Made by a program: the position numbers and the translations under genes
The notes under the pieces: model-generated
The model's database searches: none
What the model saw: only the letters and a program-made list of their open reading frames with translations
Told to the model about the DNA's origin: nothing
NCBI GenBank assembly: GCA_963802505.1
Contig: CAWDJB010000002.1
Coordinates: 532,627-596,626, forward strand
Reading direction: 5' to 3'
Source of the DNA: an uncultured Acidimicrobiales bacterium
GTDB taxonomy: Bacteria > Actinomycetota > Acidimicrobiia > Acidimicrobiales > DATKAS01
DNA: 64,000 bases
Shown here: positions 20,006 to 28,611 of the stretch, piece after piece
Numbering within the stretch: position 1 is the first letter of the stretch
Layout of the letters: each line of letters opens with the position of its first letter

Positions 20006-20518
20006 CTAGTCCTCCTTCTCGGCGACGACTTCGATACGGACCTTCACGTCGGGATGGACGCGCAACATGAAGATGCGGGGCGCCTCCATGCCGAAGTCAC
20101 GGATGTCGAACGCCGACTCCCCCTCGAGCCGGAGCGTGCGATCGTCGATCGAGGTGATCGTGACCTCGTCTTCACACCGCCGGGTGACGCCCCGGAACGT
20201 GAGGTCGCCGGTGACTCGGTAGCGCCCCTCGGAGCCCATCGCCTGCAGCTTCGTCATCTGGCCGTCGATCGTCGGATAGCGCCTGGAATCGATGCGGCGC
20301 TGCAGCTCGCGATCCTCGAGCCGGTTGCCCGATGACAACCGATCGACGCGCAGCGAGAGTGCGCCGCTCGCACCGTCGACACCGTCGACCGCCCCATCGT
20401 GGACGTCGACGTCCAGGAACCCCTCCAACCCCTCGGTCCTGGTGTGGATGGGGTGGAGGCTCGAGCTCGCTTCGATGAGGACGGCCGACTTCTCGGGCAC
20501 GATGCGAAAGCGGGCCAT
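20006..20518 (-). CDS. YceI-like (polyisoprenoid/lipid-binding beta-barrel) domain protein
   Basis: 170 aa. The pattern F.I.P..S.V.I.A...GL.G......L.V..L.SGN...D......YP.I......Y.V.G.LTF.GVT......FDIRDFG matches the YceI-like fold as I recall it. Sits inside the hydrogenase operon, 2 nt upstream of hypC. Confidence 0.55.
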   Translation of the reverse strand: MARFRIVPEKSAVLIEASSSLHPIHTRTEGLEGFLDVDVHDGAVDGVDGASGALSLRVDRLSSGNRLEDRELQRRIDSRRYPTIDGQMTKLQAMGSEGRYRVTGDLTFRGVTRRCEDEVTITSIDDRTLRLEGESAFDIRDFGMEAPRIFMLRVHPDVKVRIEVVAEKED

Positions 20519-20528
20519 GCCCCGACGA

Positions 20529-20633
20529 TCACATATCCCTCATCTTGAAGTAGCGGACGACGTCAGGCAGCGCCCGAGAGGCGAGAAACGCGAGCCCGGC
20601 GAGCACAGACGTGAAGACGATGCGACGCACCAT
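20529..20633 (-). CDS. 34-aa single-helix membrane peptide conserved downstream of the hydrogenase protease
   Basis: MVRRIVFTSVLAGLAFLASRALPDVVRYFKMRDM. ATG lies 2 nt after the protease stop and is preceded by a strong SD (GGAAAGGAG). From memory, it resembles small proteins seen at this position in actinobacterial Hhy clusters. Confidence 0.5.
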   Translation of the reverse strand: MVRRIVFTSVLAGLAFLASRALPDVVRYFKMRDM

Positions 20634-20635
20634 GG

Positions 20636-21133
20636 TCAGCTCTCCTTTCCTGCGGTGAGGCAGATCTCGTCGACGACTTCCAGCACCGCAGCGACACCCG
20701 ATTCGACTGCCGCGGCCACGACAGGGGAGAGGCCGATGCCCTCGTCGAGGACCGCTGGCTGACATCCGACGATCAGCACCCGCTCCACGGTCGCTCCGAG
20801 TCCGCTCATCAGGCCGAGCACCACTGCCGGGCTCATGCCGTGGGCCTCGATCGGGGGTGCGGTCTCGTCGTGTCCAACGGGGTCGAGCTCGGGCTCGATG
20901 AGTGCGACCGTCCCAGGGGGCTCCCCCATCGGGAGGGCGTCGACGAGCACGAGGGTGTCGTACCCGTCGAGGAGCTCGTACGCGAGGTGGAGCCCACGGA
21001 TGCCGAAGTCCGCGACCTTGACGCCATCGGGCATCGGCCGATCGACGAGGCGCTGCGCGACCTCGACGCCGTACGCGTCGTCGCCGAAGAAGATGTTGCC
21101 GATTCCCGCCACCAGCACTCGGCGCCGCGTCAC
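20636..21133 (-). CDS. [NiFe]-hydrogenase maturation endopeptidase (HupD/HyaD family)
   Basis: VLVAGIGNIFFGDDAYGVEVAQRL...VADFGIRGLHLAYELLDGYDTLVLVDA. The GTG at 21133 overlaps the upstream stop (GTGA). The large subunit has a cleavable C-terminal extension after CGVH. Confidence 0.85.
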   Translation of the reverse strand: MTRRRVLVAGIGNIFFGDDAYGVEVAQRLVDRPMPDGVKVADFGIRGLHLAYELLDGYDTLVLVDALPMGEPPGTVALIEPELDPVGHDETAPPIEAHGMSPAVVLGLMSGLGATVERVLIVGCQPAVLDEGIGLSPVVAAAVESGVAAVLEVVDEICLTAGKES

Positions 21134-22492
21134 GACCGGGCCTCGGTCGACGCGTCGCTGAGCAGCTCGAGCTCGTCGGCTTGGAAGTAGAGGTACCGAC
21201 CCTGCCACGCGAGCTCGGCCGAGCCGGGGTCGTCCTCGAGCGTGACGGCGATGTGGACACCTCCGTCGACATCGTTGAAGACGCCCGCGACGACGGCGGT
21301 GAGACCCGCGAGGAACAGATCATGGGCGTCGGCGCGCCGCGAGGGATGGAGGCGGACTCGCGTGCCCGCGCCGACCTGGACTCCGCCGACGATCACTGTG
21401 TCCGTCGTGGGGTCGAACGCCGAATCAGACCCGGGATCCCACCACGGCACGGTCACCTCGGCAGCTGAGGCCGCCGGCTCGATCGAGCGCACCGCGCCGT
21501 GAAGCCGCTCCCACACCTCGGGAGGCAACCCTTCGACCCGATCGACGATGGCAGCCGCGCGCGCGTCAGTGCCGCGGGCCTCAGCCTTCTCGTCGTCGGT
21601 GAGCGTGAGCACCCGGAGCGCCAGGATCTCGTCGATCTCCGTCGAGTCGAAGAGGTCTCCCGGGCTCTCGGGAGCAACCGCCGGATGGTCGTAGAGGATG
21701 ATCGGCGACGAGAGCACCACGGTGTCGGCCTCGTCGATCAGGACTGGCCAGGTGCCCTCGTTGTGGCACGCGGCGAGCGCCTCCGCCGCCTCCTCCGGTG
21801 GATCGAGCTGGGAAAGGAACGTGCCGCCCTCGACCGCGATGAGCGTGTGCACCGCCACGAGCGAGTGGCGCACCATCTCGTCCCTCGACGCCCCGGGCTG
21901 TGCCCAGCTCGTCGTGTTCTCGACCGTGACACCCAGCGCGACGAGTGCGCCAGGCCCGGCGAGCCCAGCCCGTCGTCACGTGCACGATGCCCGACACCGG
22001 CGCACGATCGCGCACCGCTCGGCCAACGGTGCCGGACTCGTCCGAGAGGTCCTCGATGTCCTTGCCGCCGGGCAGCACGAACGGGAACGACAGAGGCTCG
22101 CCGAGGGGAAACACCGAGATCGGCGGGACATCGATCTCGTGCTCGACCGCTTCGTCCCACGGCACCCATATGGCGTCGCCGACCACGAGCTCGTCCGCGG
22201 GCGCGAACCACTCGCCGGTGCCGGCGTTCTGTTCGAGCGCCCGGTGCTGGACCTGCAGGCATCGAACCCGTATGTGCAGTCTCGGCGCGTCGCCAGGATC
22301 GATCACGGACTCGGTGCGCGCCGCTGATCGCTCAGACGGCTCGTGAGCGAGCTGGCCCGGCGGCACGAGCACGCCGAACTGCCAACGCACCTGGTTCTTC
22401 CGCGCCGAGGCCCGGTAGGGATACAGGACATAGCCCTCGTAGAGCACCGCGTCCGCGACCGCGCTCGCGGCTGCGAACCGGTCGGCGCTCAC
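21130..22492 (-). pseudogene. conserved hydrogenase-cluster protein of unknown function (~454 aa), apparent frameshift near 21965
   Basis: The GTG at 22492 (GTGA overlap with the upstream stop) gives VSADRFAAASAVADAVLYEGYVLYPYRASARKNQVRWQFGVLVPP...IVHVTTG. Protein-like sequence then continues in another frame (GLAGPGALVALGVTVENTTSW...MVRHSLVAVHTLIAVEGG...) to 21130. Confidence 0.65.
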
Positions 22493-23124
22493 TCCGCCTC
22501 CTTGAGGAGGTGCTCGACGGTGAGGTCCCAGCTCGCGAGCGCGCGCTCCGCCTTGTACTGCGTGAGCTTGTCGAGCACGTCGCGGCTGAGCATCACCCAC
22601 CCGCTGTTCGGGAAGTAGACGTCCATCATCTGACGCCACACCGAGACTGGCAGCCGGAACGTCGTGTCCGCGTGCCAGGCGACGGGCGCGACGTTCATGC
22701 CTCTTTCGTTTCGAGTGAAAGCCGACCCGGCGAAGAGCAGCACGAGCGGCACCTCGCCGTCGTCGAGCGAATGCAGGAACTTCGTCGACGCGATCTCGAA
22801 GTCGTACGTGCACGTCATCGGCAGGTCGATCTCGGTCTCGCCCGTGAACGTCGTGACGGTCGTCGCCACGTGGGTCCACAGGAACGGCCGCAGCGAGTCG
22901 CCCCAGCGGTTCGGCTCTCCGAAGAGCTCGACGAGCCGCTGCTCCTCGTCGTGCTCGTAGCGGCGCCGTTGGGGTTCGATGCGGATCTGGCATCGAAGGG
23001 CGAGCGCGTGCACGGTCGCGCCGGTGTGCTCGGTGATCCGGGTGCGGAGCATGATCGTCGGGACCGCGGCGTAGGGCTCGGCGCGTGCGTCGAGCACCTC
23101 GAACCCGAAGTCCGAGTCGGTCAT
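22489..23124 (-). CDS. conserved hydrogenase-cluster protein of unknown function (211 aa)
   Basis: MTDSDFGFEVLDARAEPYAAVPTIMLRTRITE... ATGA overlap with the upstream gene and GTGA overlap with the downstream gene. I recall this family as a DUF associated with group 1h hydrogenases. Confidence 0.6.
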   Translation of the reverse strand: MTDSDFGFEVLDARAEPYAAVPTIMLRTRITEHTGATVHALALRCQIRIEPQRRRYEHDEEQRLVELFGEPNRWGDSLRPFLWTHVATTVTTFTGETEIDLPMTCTYDFEIASTKFLHSLDDGEVPLVLLFAGSAFTRNERGMNVAPVAWHADTTFRLPVSVWRQMMDVYFPNSGWVMLSRDVLDKLTQYKAERALASWDLTVEHLLKEAE

Positions 23125-23765
23125 GTCCCGGCCCGGTCGCGTACGCCGAAGAAGAACAGCTCGAGGGCTTCGCGGGCCTCGCTGCCCCCGTCGAATCCCT
23201 GCCAGAGCCGCCGGAGATGCCCGACGAGCTCGTAGCACGCGTCGATCGGGACGAGGAAGACCTCCACCGAGCTCGTCTCCCGGTCGGCGCGAACGAGGAT
23301 CGCCTCGACATCCGGGAGGAGCGTCGCGAGCTCGGGGTTGGCGCTGACGATGTCGTCCCACACGTCGAGCGACAGCAGCGACTCGGTTGCTCCCGCAGGG
23401 CTCGGGTAGAACGCCGCGACGCGATCGATCGTCGAGTTGACGAAGAAGAACGCGACGGAGACGGGGATCTGCAGCCCGTCCCACTGGCTGGGCGTGAGCT
23501 GGATCTCGGGGAACGAGAGGTATCGGTCGGGCACTGCCTTGAAGTGGTTCCCGCCCGCACCTTCGGGGGTGAAAAGCAGGTAGCAACCGCGACACGCGCA
23601 CATCAACGAGCGCGCGTGCACGTCGACGAGATGTCCGTGTTCGTCCGGGATCGGCTCGCCGCACAGCTCGCACCGCTCCCCCGGCTTCGGCTTCGGCGTC
23701 GTGAGCGGGCTCTCGCGGATGCGGCGGAGGACGCCGAGCGGGTCCCCGCTCGTGGACGTGCTCAT
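23121..23765 (-). CDS. conserved hydrogenase-cluster protein with CxxC...CxxC motifs (214 aa)
   Basis: The ATG at 23765 gives MSTSTSGDPLGVLRRI...ERCELCGEPIPDEHGHLVDVHARSLMCACRGCYLLF. Possibly a zinc- or iron-binding module. Confidence 0.6.
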   Translation of the reverse strand: MSTSTSGDPLGVLRRIRESPLTTPKPKPGERCELCGEPIPDEHGHLVDVHARSLMCACRGCYLLFTPEGAGGNHFKAVPDRYLSFPEIQLTPSQWDGLQIPVSVAFFFVNSTIDRVAAFYPSPAGATESLLSLDVWDDIVSANPELATLLPDVEAILVRADRETSSVEVFLVPIDACYELVGHLRRLWQGFDGGSEAREALELFFFGVRDRAGT

Positions 23766-24332
23766 CCGGCGACCTCGGCCGGGCACTCGTCGTACGTCGG
23801 TTTGGAGGCTCAGGACGACGGGCGTGATCACACCGTGCCGCGAGGGTTCCTCCACGTCGATGATCTCGATCTCGGGCGCCGCTTCGAGGATCGCCTTCTC
23901 GACCGCCATCTGCAGCGTGACCGTCGACGACGGGCACCCGTCGCAGCTTCCGAGCAGCCGAAGCTTGACGGCGTTTGCGTCCGGATCGATGTCGACCAGC
24001 TCGACGTCGCCCTTGTGCGCGGCCGAGCATCGGACGCACGCCTCGAGGGCTCTCTCGACTCGGGCCTCGAGCGAATCGGGATGCAGGCCGTGCATGGCGA
24101 GCAGGCTCCCGACGAGCTCGTCGACGGACAGCTGCTCGACGAACGCTGGTGAGCGCTCGCCGGCGAGCTCGAGCACCCGCGCGAAGCCGGCCCCGTACAG
24201 ATCGGTGATCTGGCGGATCAGCTCCTCTGCGATCGCCTGCGGCTTGGGATCACCGCACGCGGCCAGCTCGTCGAGCAAGCGCTCGATGCGTTCGCCTACT
24301 GCCCGAAGGTTCGGTGGTGGGGTCGTGGGCAC
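23762..24332 (-). CDS. NifU C-terminal-domain-like Fe-S scaffold protein; 3' end apparently frameshifted near 23805
   Basis: The GTG at 24332 is preceded by GAAGGGA. GDVELVDID...LRLLGSCDGCPSSTVTLQMAVEKAI is the NifU CxxC motif. As sequenced it reads through into the next gene. A +1 frame gives ...SLKPTYDECPAEVAG* and ends in an ATGA overlap. Confidence 0.65.
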
Positions 24333-24360
24333 GTCGTCCCTTCGGGCAGCAGGCAAGACG

Positions 24361-26142
24361 TCACTCGAACTCGGCGGGGTCGCGGACCTGCGTCGGCGAA
24401 TGGACCTTGCGAAGCACCTTGCCCTTCCCCAGGTACATGTGCACACCGCAGGGAAGGCACGGATCGAAGCTGCGCACGGCGCGCATGATGTCGATCCCCT
24501 TGAACTTCTCCCTCGTGTTCTCCTCGAAGATGGGCGTGTTCTGCACCGCGTCCTCGTACGGGCCGGGCGTTCCGTACACGTCGCGGGGATTCGCGTTCCA
24601 CGGTGTCGGCGGGTACGGGTGATAGTTCGCGATCTTCCCGCCCTTGATCACCATGTGATGCGACAGCACGCCTCGCACCGCTTCGGTGAAACCGCAGCCG
24701 ATCGCCTCGTCCGGCACCTTGAAAGGCTCCCAGGTCTTGGTCTTCCCGGCTCGTACGTCGGCCAGCGCCTTCTCGATGAAGTCGAGGGCGGATGCCGCCG
24801 CGTACGCCTGGAAGTACGTGCGCGACCGGTCACGCTCGATCGCGTTCGACCACTGCGGGATCTTCCACTCGAACGTCACCTCGGGCTTCAGCGCCGTGCG
24901 AGGAAGGTGGATCTCGACGCTGTGGCCGGTCGCCTTCAGGTGGTCGGTCTCGACGAGACCCGAGAGCGCAGTGGACCACAGGCGAGCGATCGGGCCGCCG
25001 CCCGTGTCGAGCGCCAGGTGGTCTTTCCCGTCGAACCAGCGGGGCGACATGACCCAGCTGTAGTTGCCGTCGAAGTCGCGCTTCTGCGGCTGCGGGTTCG
25101 TGTGCTGGTTCCACGGGTGACGGCGGTCGACGGGGTTCCCGAGGGGGTCCTTCGTGACGAACATCTCCTGGTCTGCCCAGTCGTCGTAGAACGAGTGGCC
25201 CAGCAGGATGCGAATCCCGAGGTTGATCTCGACGAGATCGTTCGTGACGAGGTTGCCGTCGACGATGACGCCGGGCGTGACGCCCATCGCGCGGCCCCAG
25301 CGGGTCATGTCGCGATAGTTGAAGTTGCACACCTCGGGGTCTTGGAAGGCGCCCCAGCAGCCGAGCAGCACCCGTCGTCGACCGACTTCTTCGTAGCCGG
25401 GAAGCGCCTCGTAGAAGAAGTCGAAGAGGTCGTCGTGCAGCGGCACGACGCGCTTCATGAACTCCACGTACCGCATCAGGCGCGTGTAGTAGTCGGTGAA
25501 GAGCTGGATGGTCGCGGTCGTGCCGACGCCGCCCGGATACAGCGTCGAGGGGTGCACGTGGCGTCCCTCCATGAGACAGAACATCTCCCGGGTCCACCGG
25601 CTCACCTGCAAGGCCTCGCGATAGAACTCGCCGGAGAACGGGTTCAGCGAGCGCATGATGTCGCCGATCGTCTTGTAGCCGTGATCAGCCGCGTGGGGCG
25701 CTTCGGTGTTGTTGGCCTTCTCGAGCACGCCCGGGTTCGTCTCGGCGACCATCTTCTCGCAGAAGTCGACCCCGACCAGGTTCTCCTGGAAGATGTTGTG
25801 GTCGAACATGTACTCGGCGGCTTCGCCGAGGTTCACGATCTGCTCGCCGAGCGCTGGCGGGCGCACGCCGTACGCCATGTTCTGCGCGTAGCAGGAGCAC
25901 GTCGCGTGGTTGTCACCGCAGATGCCGCAGATGCGACTCGTGATGAAGTGCGCGTCGCGCGGGTCCTTGCCCTTCATGAAGATGCTGTAGCCACGGAAGA
26001 TCGAGGACGTGCTGTGGCACTCCTCTACTCGTCCCGTGCCGAAGTTGATCTTGGTGTAGATGCCGAGGCTTCCGACGATGCGCGTGATCGGATCCCACGC
26101 CATCTCGACGACATCGCCGCTTACCTTCGTGGTGGTGGCCAT
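24361..26142 (-). CDS. hhyL: [NiFe]-hydrogenase large subunit, group 1h/5 (high-affinity Hhy type)
   Basis: The ATG at 26142 follows GGAGGT. N-terminal motif SRICGICGDNH, C-terminal motif FDPCLPCGVH followed by a 25-aa tail. Confidence 0.92.
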   Translation of the reverse strand: MATTTKVSGDVVEMAWDPITRIVGSLGIYTKINFGTGRVEECHSTSSIFRGYSIFMKGKDPRDAHFITSRICGICGDNHATCSCYAQNMAYGVRPPALGEQIVNLGEAAEYMFDHNIFQENLVGVDFCEKMVAETNPGVLEKANNTEAPHAADHGYKTIGDIMRSLNPFSGEFYREALQVSRWTREMFCLMEGRHVHPSTLYPGGVGTTATIQLFTDYYTRLMRYVEFMKRVVPLHDDLFDFFYEALPGYEEVGRRRVLLGCWGAFQDPEVCNFNYRDMTRWGRAMGVTPGVIVDGNLVTNDLVEINLGIRILLGHSFYDDWADQEMFVTKDPLGNPVDRRHPWNQHTNPQPQKRDFDGNYSWVMSPRWFDGKDHLALDTGGGPIARLWSTALSGLVETDHLKATGHSVEIHLPRTALKPEVTFEWKIPQWSNAIERDRSRTYFQAYAAASALDFIEKALADVRAGKTKTWEPFKVPDEAIGCGFTEAVRGVLSHHMVIKGGKIANYHPYPPTPWNANPRDVYGTPGPYEDAVQNTPIFEENTREKFKGIDIMRAVRSFDPCLPCGVHMYLGKGKVLRKVHSPTQVRDPAEFE

Positions 26143-26147
26143 GTCGT

Positions 26148-27203
26148 CTACCTCCAGTTGCTCTTGTAGCCGGTGTTCAACGTCGAGCCTTTGCCGCGCC
26201 ACTTCGGTTCTTCATTCGCGGTGTGTTGGGTGATGTTGCGCAAGCGCCGGATCGCACCGCCGAGCACGTTGCTCGCCATCGTCGAGACGCGCGCTCCCGG
26301 AGGTTCGTCCATGAACGGCATGAACTTGTCCGGGAAGCCCGGCATGGTGCAGCCGATGCAGATGCCGCCGACGTTCGGGCATCCACCGACGCCGTTCACC
26401 CAACCTCGCTTCGGCACGTTGCAGTTGACCACCGGCCCCCAGCAGCCGAGCTTGACGATGCACTTCGGCGATCCGTATTCGGTCGCGAAGTCGCCCTGTT
26501 CGTAGTAGCCGGCGCGATCGCACCCCTCGTGCACGGTGTTGCCGAACAGCCACTGCGGTCGCAGCGCTTCGTCGAGCGGGATCATCGGCGCCTGACCGGT
26601 CGCCATGTACAGGAGGTACAGGATCGTCTCGGACAGGTTGTCCGGATGGATCGGGCAGCCGGGCACGCAGACGATCGGGATGCCGGCCTTCGACTTCCAG
26701 CCCCACCCCAGGTAGTCGGGCACTCCCATCGCGCCCGTGGGGTTGCCGGCCATCGCGTGGATGCCGCCGTAGGTCGCGCACGTGCCGACGGCGAGCACCG
26801 CGAGTGCCTTCGGCGTGAGCCGGTCGAGCCATTCACTGGTCGTCATCGGTTGACCGGTCGCGGGGTTGTTGCCGAACCCGCACCAGTAGCCCTCGCTCTT
26901 GATCGCCTCGTTCGGGATCGATCCCTCGACGACGAGCACGAACGGTTCGAGCTCACCTCGATCGGCCTTGAAGAACCACTCGATGAAGTCGTCCGCGCCC
27001 CCGACCGGTCCGCACTCGAAGTCGATCAGCGGCCAGTGGACCGCGATCTTCGGCAGTCCGGGCAACGCGCCCAGAGCGATCTCCTCGATGCTCGGTTGTG
27101 TCGCCGCCGTGAGAGCGACCGAGTCACCGTCGCAGCTCAATCCGGCGTTGATCCACAAGACATGGATGACGGTCTCGTCAGCGGGAGCTTGAGTCGTTGG
27201 CAT
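26148..27203 (-). CDS. hhyS: [NiFe]-hydrogenase small subunit, group 1h/5, no Tat signal
   Basis: LWINAGLSCDGDS, GTCATYGG, VPGCPIHPD and CIGCTMPGFPDKF cluster-ligand motifs. The N-terminus MPTTQAPADETVIHV has no twin-arginine motif. Confidence 0.92.
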   Translation of the reverse strand: MPTTQAPADETVIHVLWINAGLSCDGDSVALTAATQPSIEEIALGALPGLPKIAVHWPLIDFECGPVGGADDFIEWFFKADRGELEPFVLVVEGSIPNEAIKSEGYWCGFGNNPATGQPMTTSEWLDRLTPKALAVLAVGTCATYGGIHAMAGNPTGAMGVPDYLGWGWKSKAGIPIVCVPGCPIHPDNLSETILYLLYMATGQAPMIPLDEALRPQWLFGNTVHEGCDRAGYYEQGDFATEYGSPKCIVKLGCWGPVVNCNVPKRGWVNGVGGCPNVGGICIGCTMPGFPDKFMPFMDEPPGARVSTMASNVLGGAIRRLRNITQHTANEEPKWRGKGSTLNTGYKSNWR

Positions 27204-27245
27204 GCGTGCCTCCCCCGGGGGGCACGACCCCCGGTGTTCGGGGTT
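27204..27245 (-). promoter_or_regulatory. hhyS 5' leader with G5/C6/G5 runs able to form two mutually exclusive hairpins, one covering the SD
   Basis: mRNA sense: CCGGGGGUCGUGCCCCCCGGGGGAGGCACGC-AUG. Hairpin A pairs CCGGGGG with CCCCCGG. Hairpin B pairs GUGCC.CC with GG.GGCAC and sequesters GGGGGAGG. Confidence 0.3.
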
Positions 27246-27273
27246 TATCTCTGGTGGGGGTGGGTCTCAATGA

Positions 27274-28611
27274 GTGTCTTTTGCACCCCCTCGCTCGCCT
27301 CGACGTCTCGCGGTATGTCTGATCTCGGTGAGTTGGACGTTCGTCCTCCGGCCTTCCGAGACGGAGTGCTTCGAGTCGTGCCGGCGAGCCTGGGATCTCG
27401 GAGCGCGGGTGCGGCGCGACTGGGTGCCGCGTACGCCCGCTCCGTTCGACTTCGAGACGGCGATCCACGCCGGCCTGGCCGTCTACTACTTCCCCGCGAT
27501 GGACGACTGGCGCCGGACGATCGTCCGACCGCTCGCGCTCGAAGGCTTCCGACGAGCGATGCGGGAAGACCGTGCCGTCTACGAGGCGGCGGCGCCGATC
27601 GACGCCGCGCTCTCCGATGAGTACGAGCGGTGGTCTCGGCTCGGCGATCTGCTCCTGCACCGCTTCTTCGCGTTCGCAGCCGCGTTCGACGACTTCGATT
27701 CGGTGCTCGCCGACGACGACCTCTGGGTGCCTGTTCCCGATCCCGACCGGCCGGGATTCGAGCTGGGCACGCGCGACGGTCGACCGATCCGCTACCTGTG
27801 CCGTCTCGACCAGCTCATCGCCGACACGGACGACGAATGGTGGGTCGTCGACCACCGTCTGTCGTGGGGAAGCTGGGCGACCGACGCCGAGCTGCTGGGC
27901 GCGCAGCGAGCGATCCGAACGTTGTGGGCGCTCGAGACCGCATACCCCCAGATCCATGTCGCGGGCACCGTGCACAACGAGCTCGCGGTCCCGCCCGATG
28001 ACGACGTCGCTCCGCCTCCAGTGGACGTCGACGAGCTCGATCGACGTGACATGTCGGGCGCCCGTCGCATCAACCTGCGCCGGAGCCCCCTCACGCCCGA
28101 GGAGCGGATCCTCGGCGCGGCATTCGACCGGCCGGACGAGATCGCGCACCGGGAGGAGGCCCACGAGGTGCGACGCACGTGGGTGCGCCGGGGCCACGGG
28201 GAGCTGCACCTGGTGGGGGCGCAGATCGCGCGGCAAGCGCAAGCGATGCTCGCGCCCGACGTCGACGTCGGGCCGTCTCCGTCGCCCGACCTGTGCGGGC
28301 GCTGCGCCTTCCTTGCGCCCTGCCTGGCCATGGAAGGCCTCGTGGAAGCGGATGCCGACGCCGACGCCGACGCCGAGACGATGTTGGCAACGCGCTACAG
28401 ACGCCGCTTGCCCGAGGAGTTCGACGACACCGGACTACGGACGTCGGTGCAGCGAGTGCGCAGCCGAGCCCACCTGGGCGGTACCTCGCTCCGTTCAGCC
28501 GGCCCGCAGTCGCCATCCGGCGATCGCGGCCTGGCCGACACAGATCCCTCCGTCGTTCGGCGGCACGACGGCGTGGACCAAGACGCGGATCCCGGTCGCG
28601 ACGAGGCCTGA
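27274..28611 (+). CDS. Cas4/AddB-type PD-(D/E)XK nuclease with Fe-S cluster cysteines
   Basis: N-terminal SETECFESCRRAW, core CRLDQLIADTDDEWWVVDHR (D...D/ExK-like with K->R), a QxxxY-like segment, and C-terminal CGRCAFLAPC (Cx2Cx5C), giving the 1+3 Cys arrangement. Start uncertain (GTG 27274 or GTG ~27328). The 3' end overlaps hypF convergently. Confidence 0.6.
   Translation: MSFAPPRSPRRLAVCLISVSWTFVLRPSETECFESCRRAWDLGARVRRDWVPRTPAPFDFETAIHAGLAVYYFPAMDDWRRTIVRPLALEGFRRAMREDRAVYEAAAPIDAALSDEYERWSRLGDLLLHRFFAFAAAFDDFDSVLADDDLWVPVPDPDRPGFELGTRDGRPIRYLCRLDQLIADTDDEWWVVDHRLSWGSWATDAELLGAQRAIRTLWALETAYPQIHVAGTVHNELAVPPDDDVAPPPVDVDELDRRDMSGARRINLRRSPLTPEERILGAAFDRPDEIAHREEAHEVRRTWVRRGHGELHLVGAQIARQAQAMLAPDVDVGPSPSPDLCGRCAFLAPCLAMEGLVEADADADADAETMLATRYRRRLPEEFDDTGLRTSVQRVRSRAHLGGTSLRSAGPQSPSGDRGLADTDPSVVRRHDGVDQDADPGRDEA
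28351..28377 (+). repeat. short hexanucleotide tandem repeat (GCCGAC)n encoding (Asp-Ala)4
   Basis: GATGCCGACGCCGACGCCGACGCCGAG inside the nuclease gene, translated EADADADADAE. Confidence 0.8.

Noticed and set aside
24333-24446. Long N-terminal extensions of several ORFs: NifU-like from 24446, hhyL from 26202, hypD from 20001, katG from 57861, and P450 from 51378.
   Set aside because: The extensions overlap the preceding gene, are Arg-rich, and lack an SD. Internal starts with an SD or with ATGA/GTGA coupling match family N-termini.
26148-27203. Looked for a Tat (RRxFxK) signal on the hydrogenase small subunit and for a cytochrome b membrane anchor gene.
   Set aside because: Neither is present, so a periplasmic or membrane-bound group 1a-e assignment was rejected in favour of the cytosolic 1h/5 type.
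27270-27340. Alternative N-terminus MSVFCTPSLASTSRGMSDLGELDV (ATG 27270 frame) for the Cas4-like nuclease, implying another frameshift.
   Set aside because: The apparent join rests only on a shared Arg-Pro dipeptide within a repetitive CGTCCTCCGGCC stretch. The GTG-initiated frame already contains the conserved SETECFESC segment, so no frameshift is needed.
28351-28377. (GCCGAC)n repeat considered as a possible CRISPR-like or minisatellite element.
   Set aside because: It has only about four units, no spacers, and is in frame inside a coding region, where it simply encodes (Asp-Ala)4.
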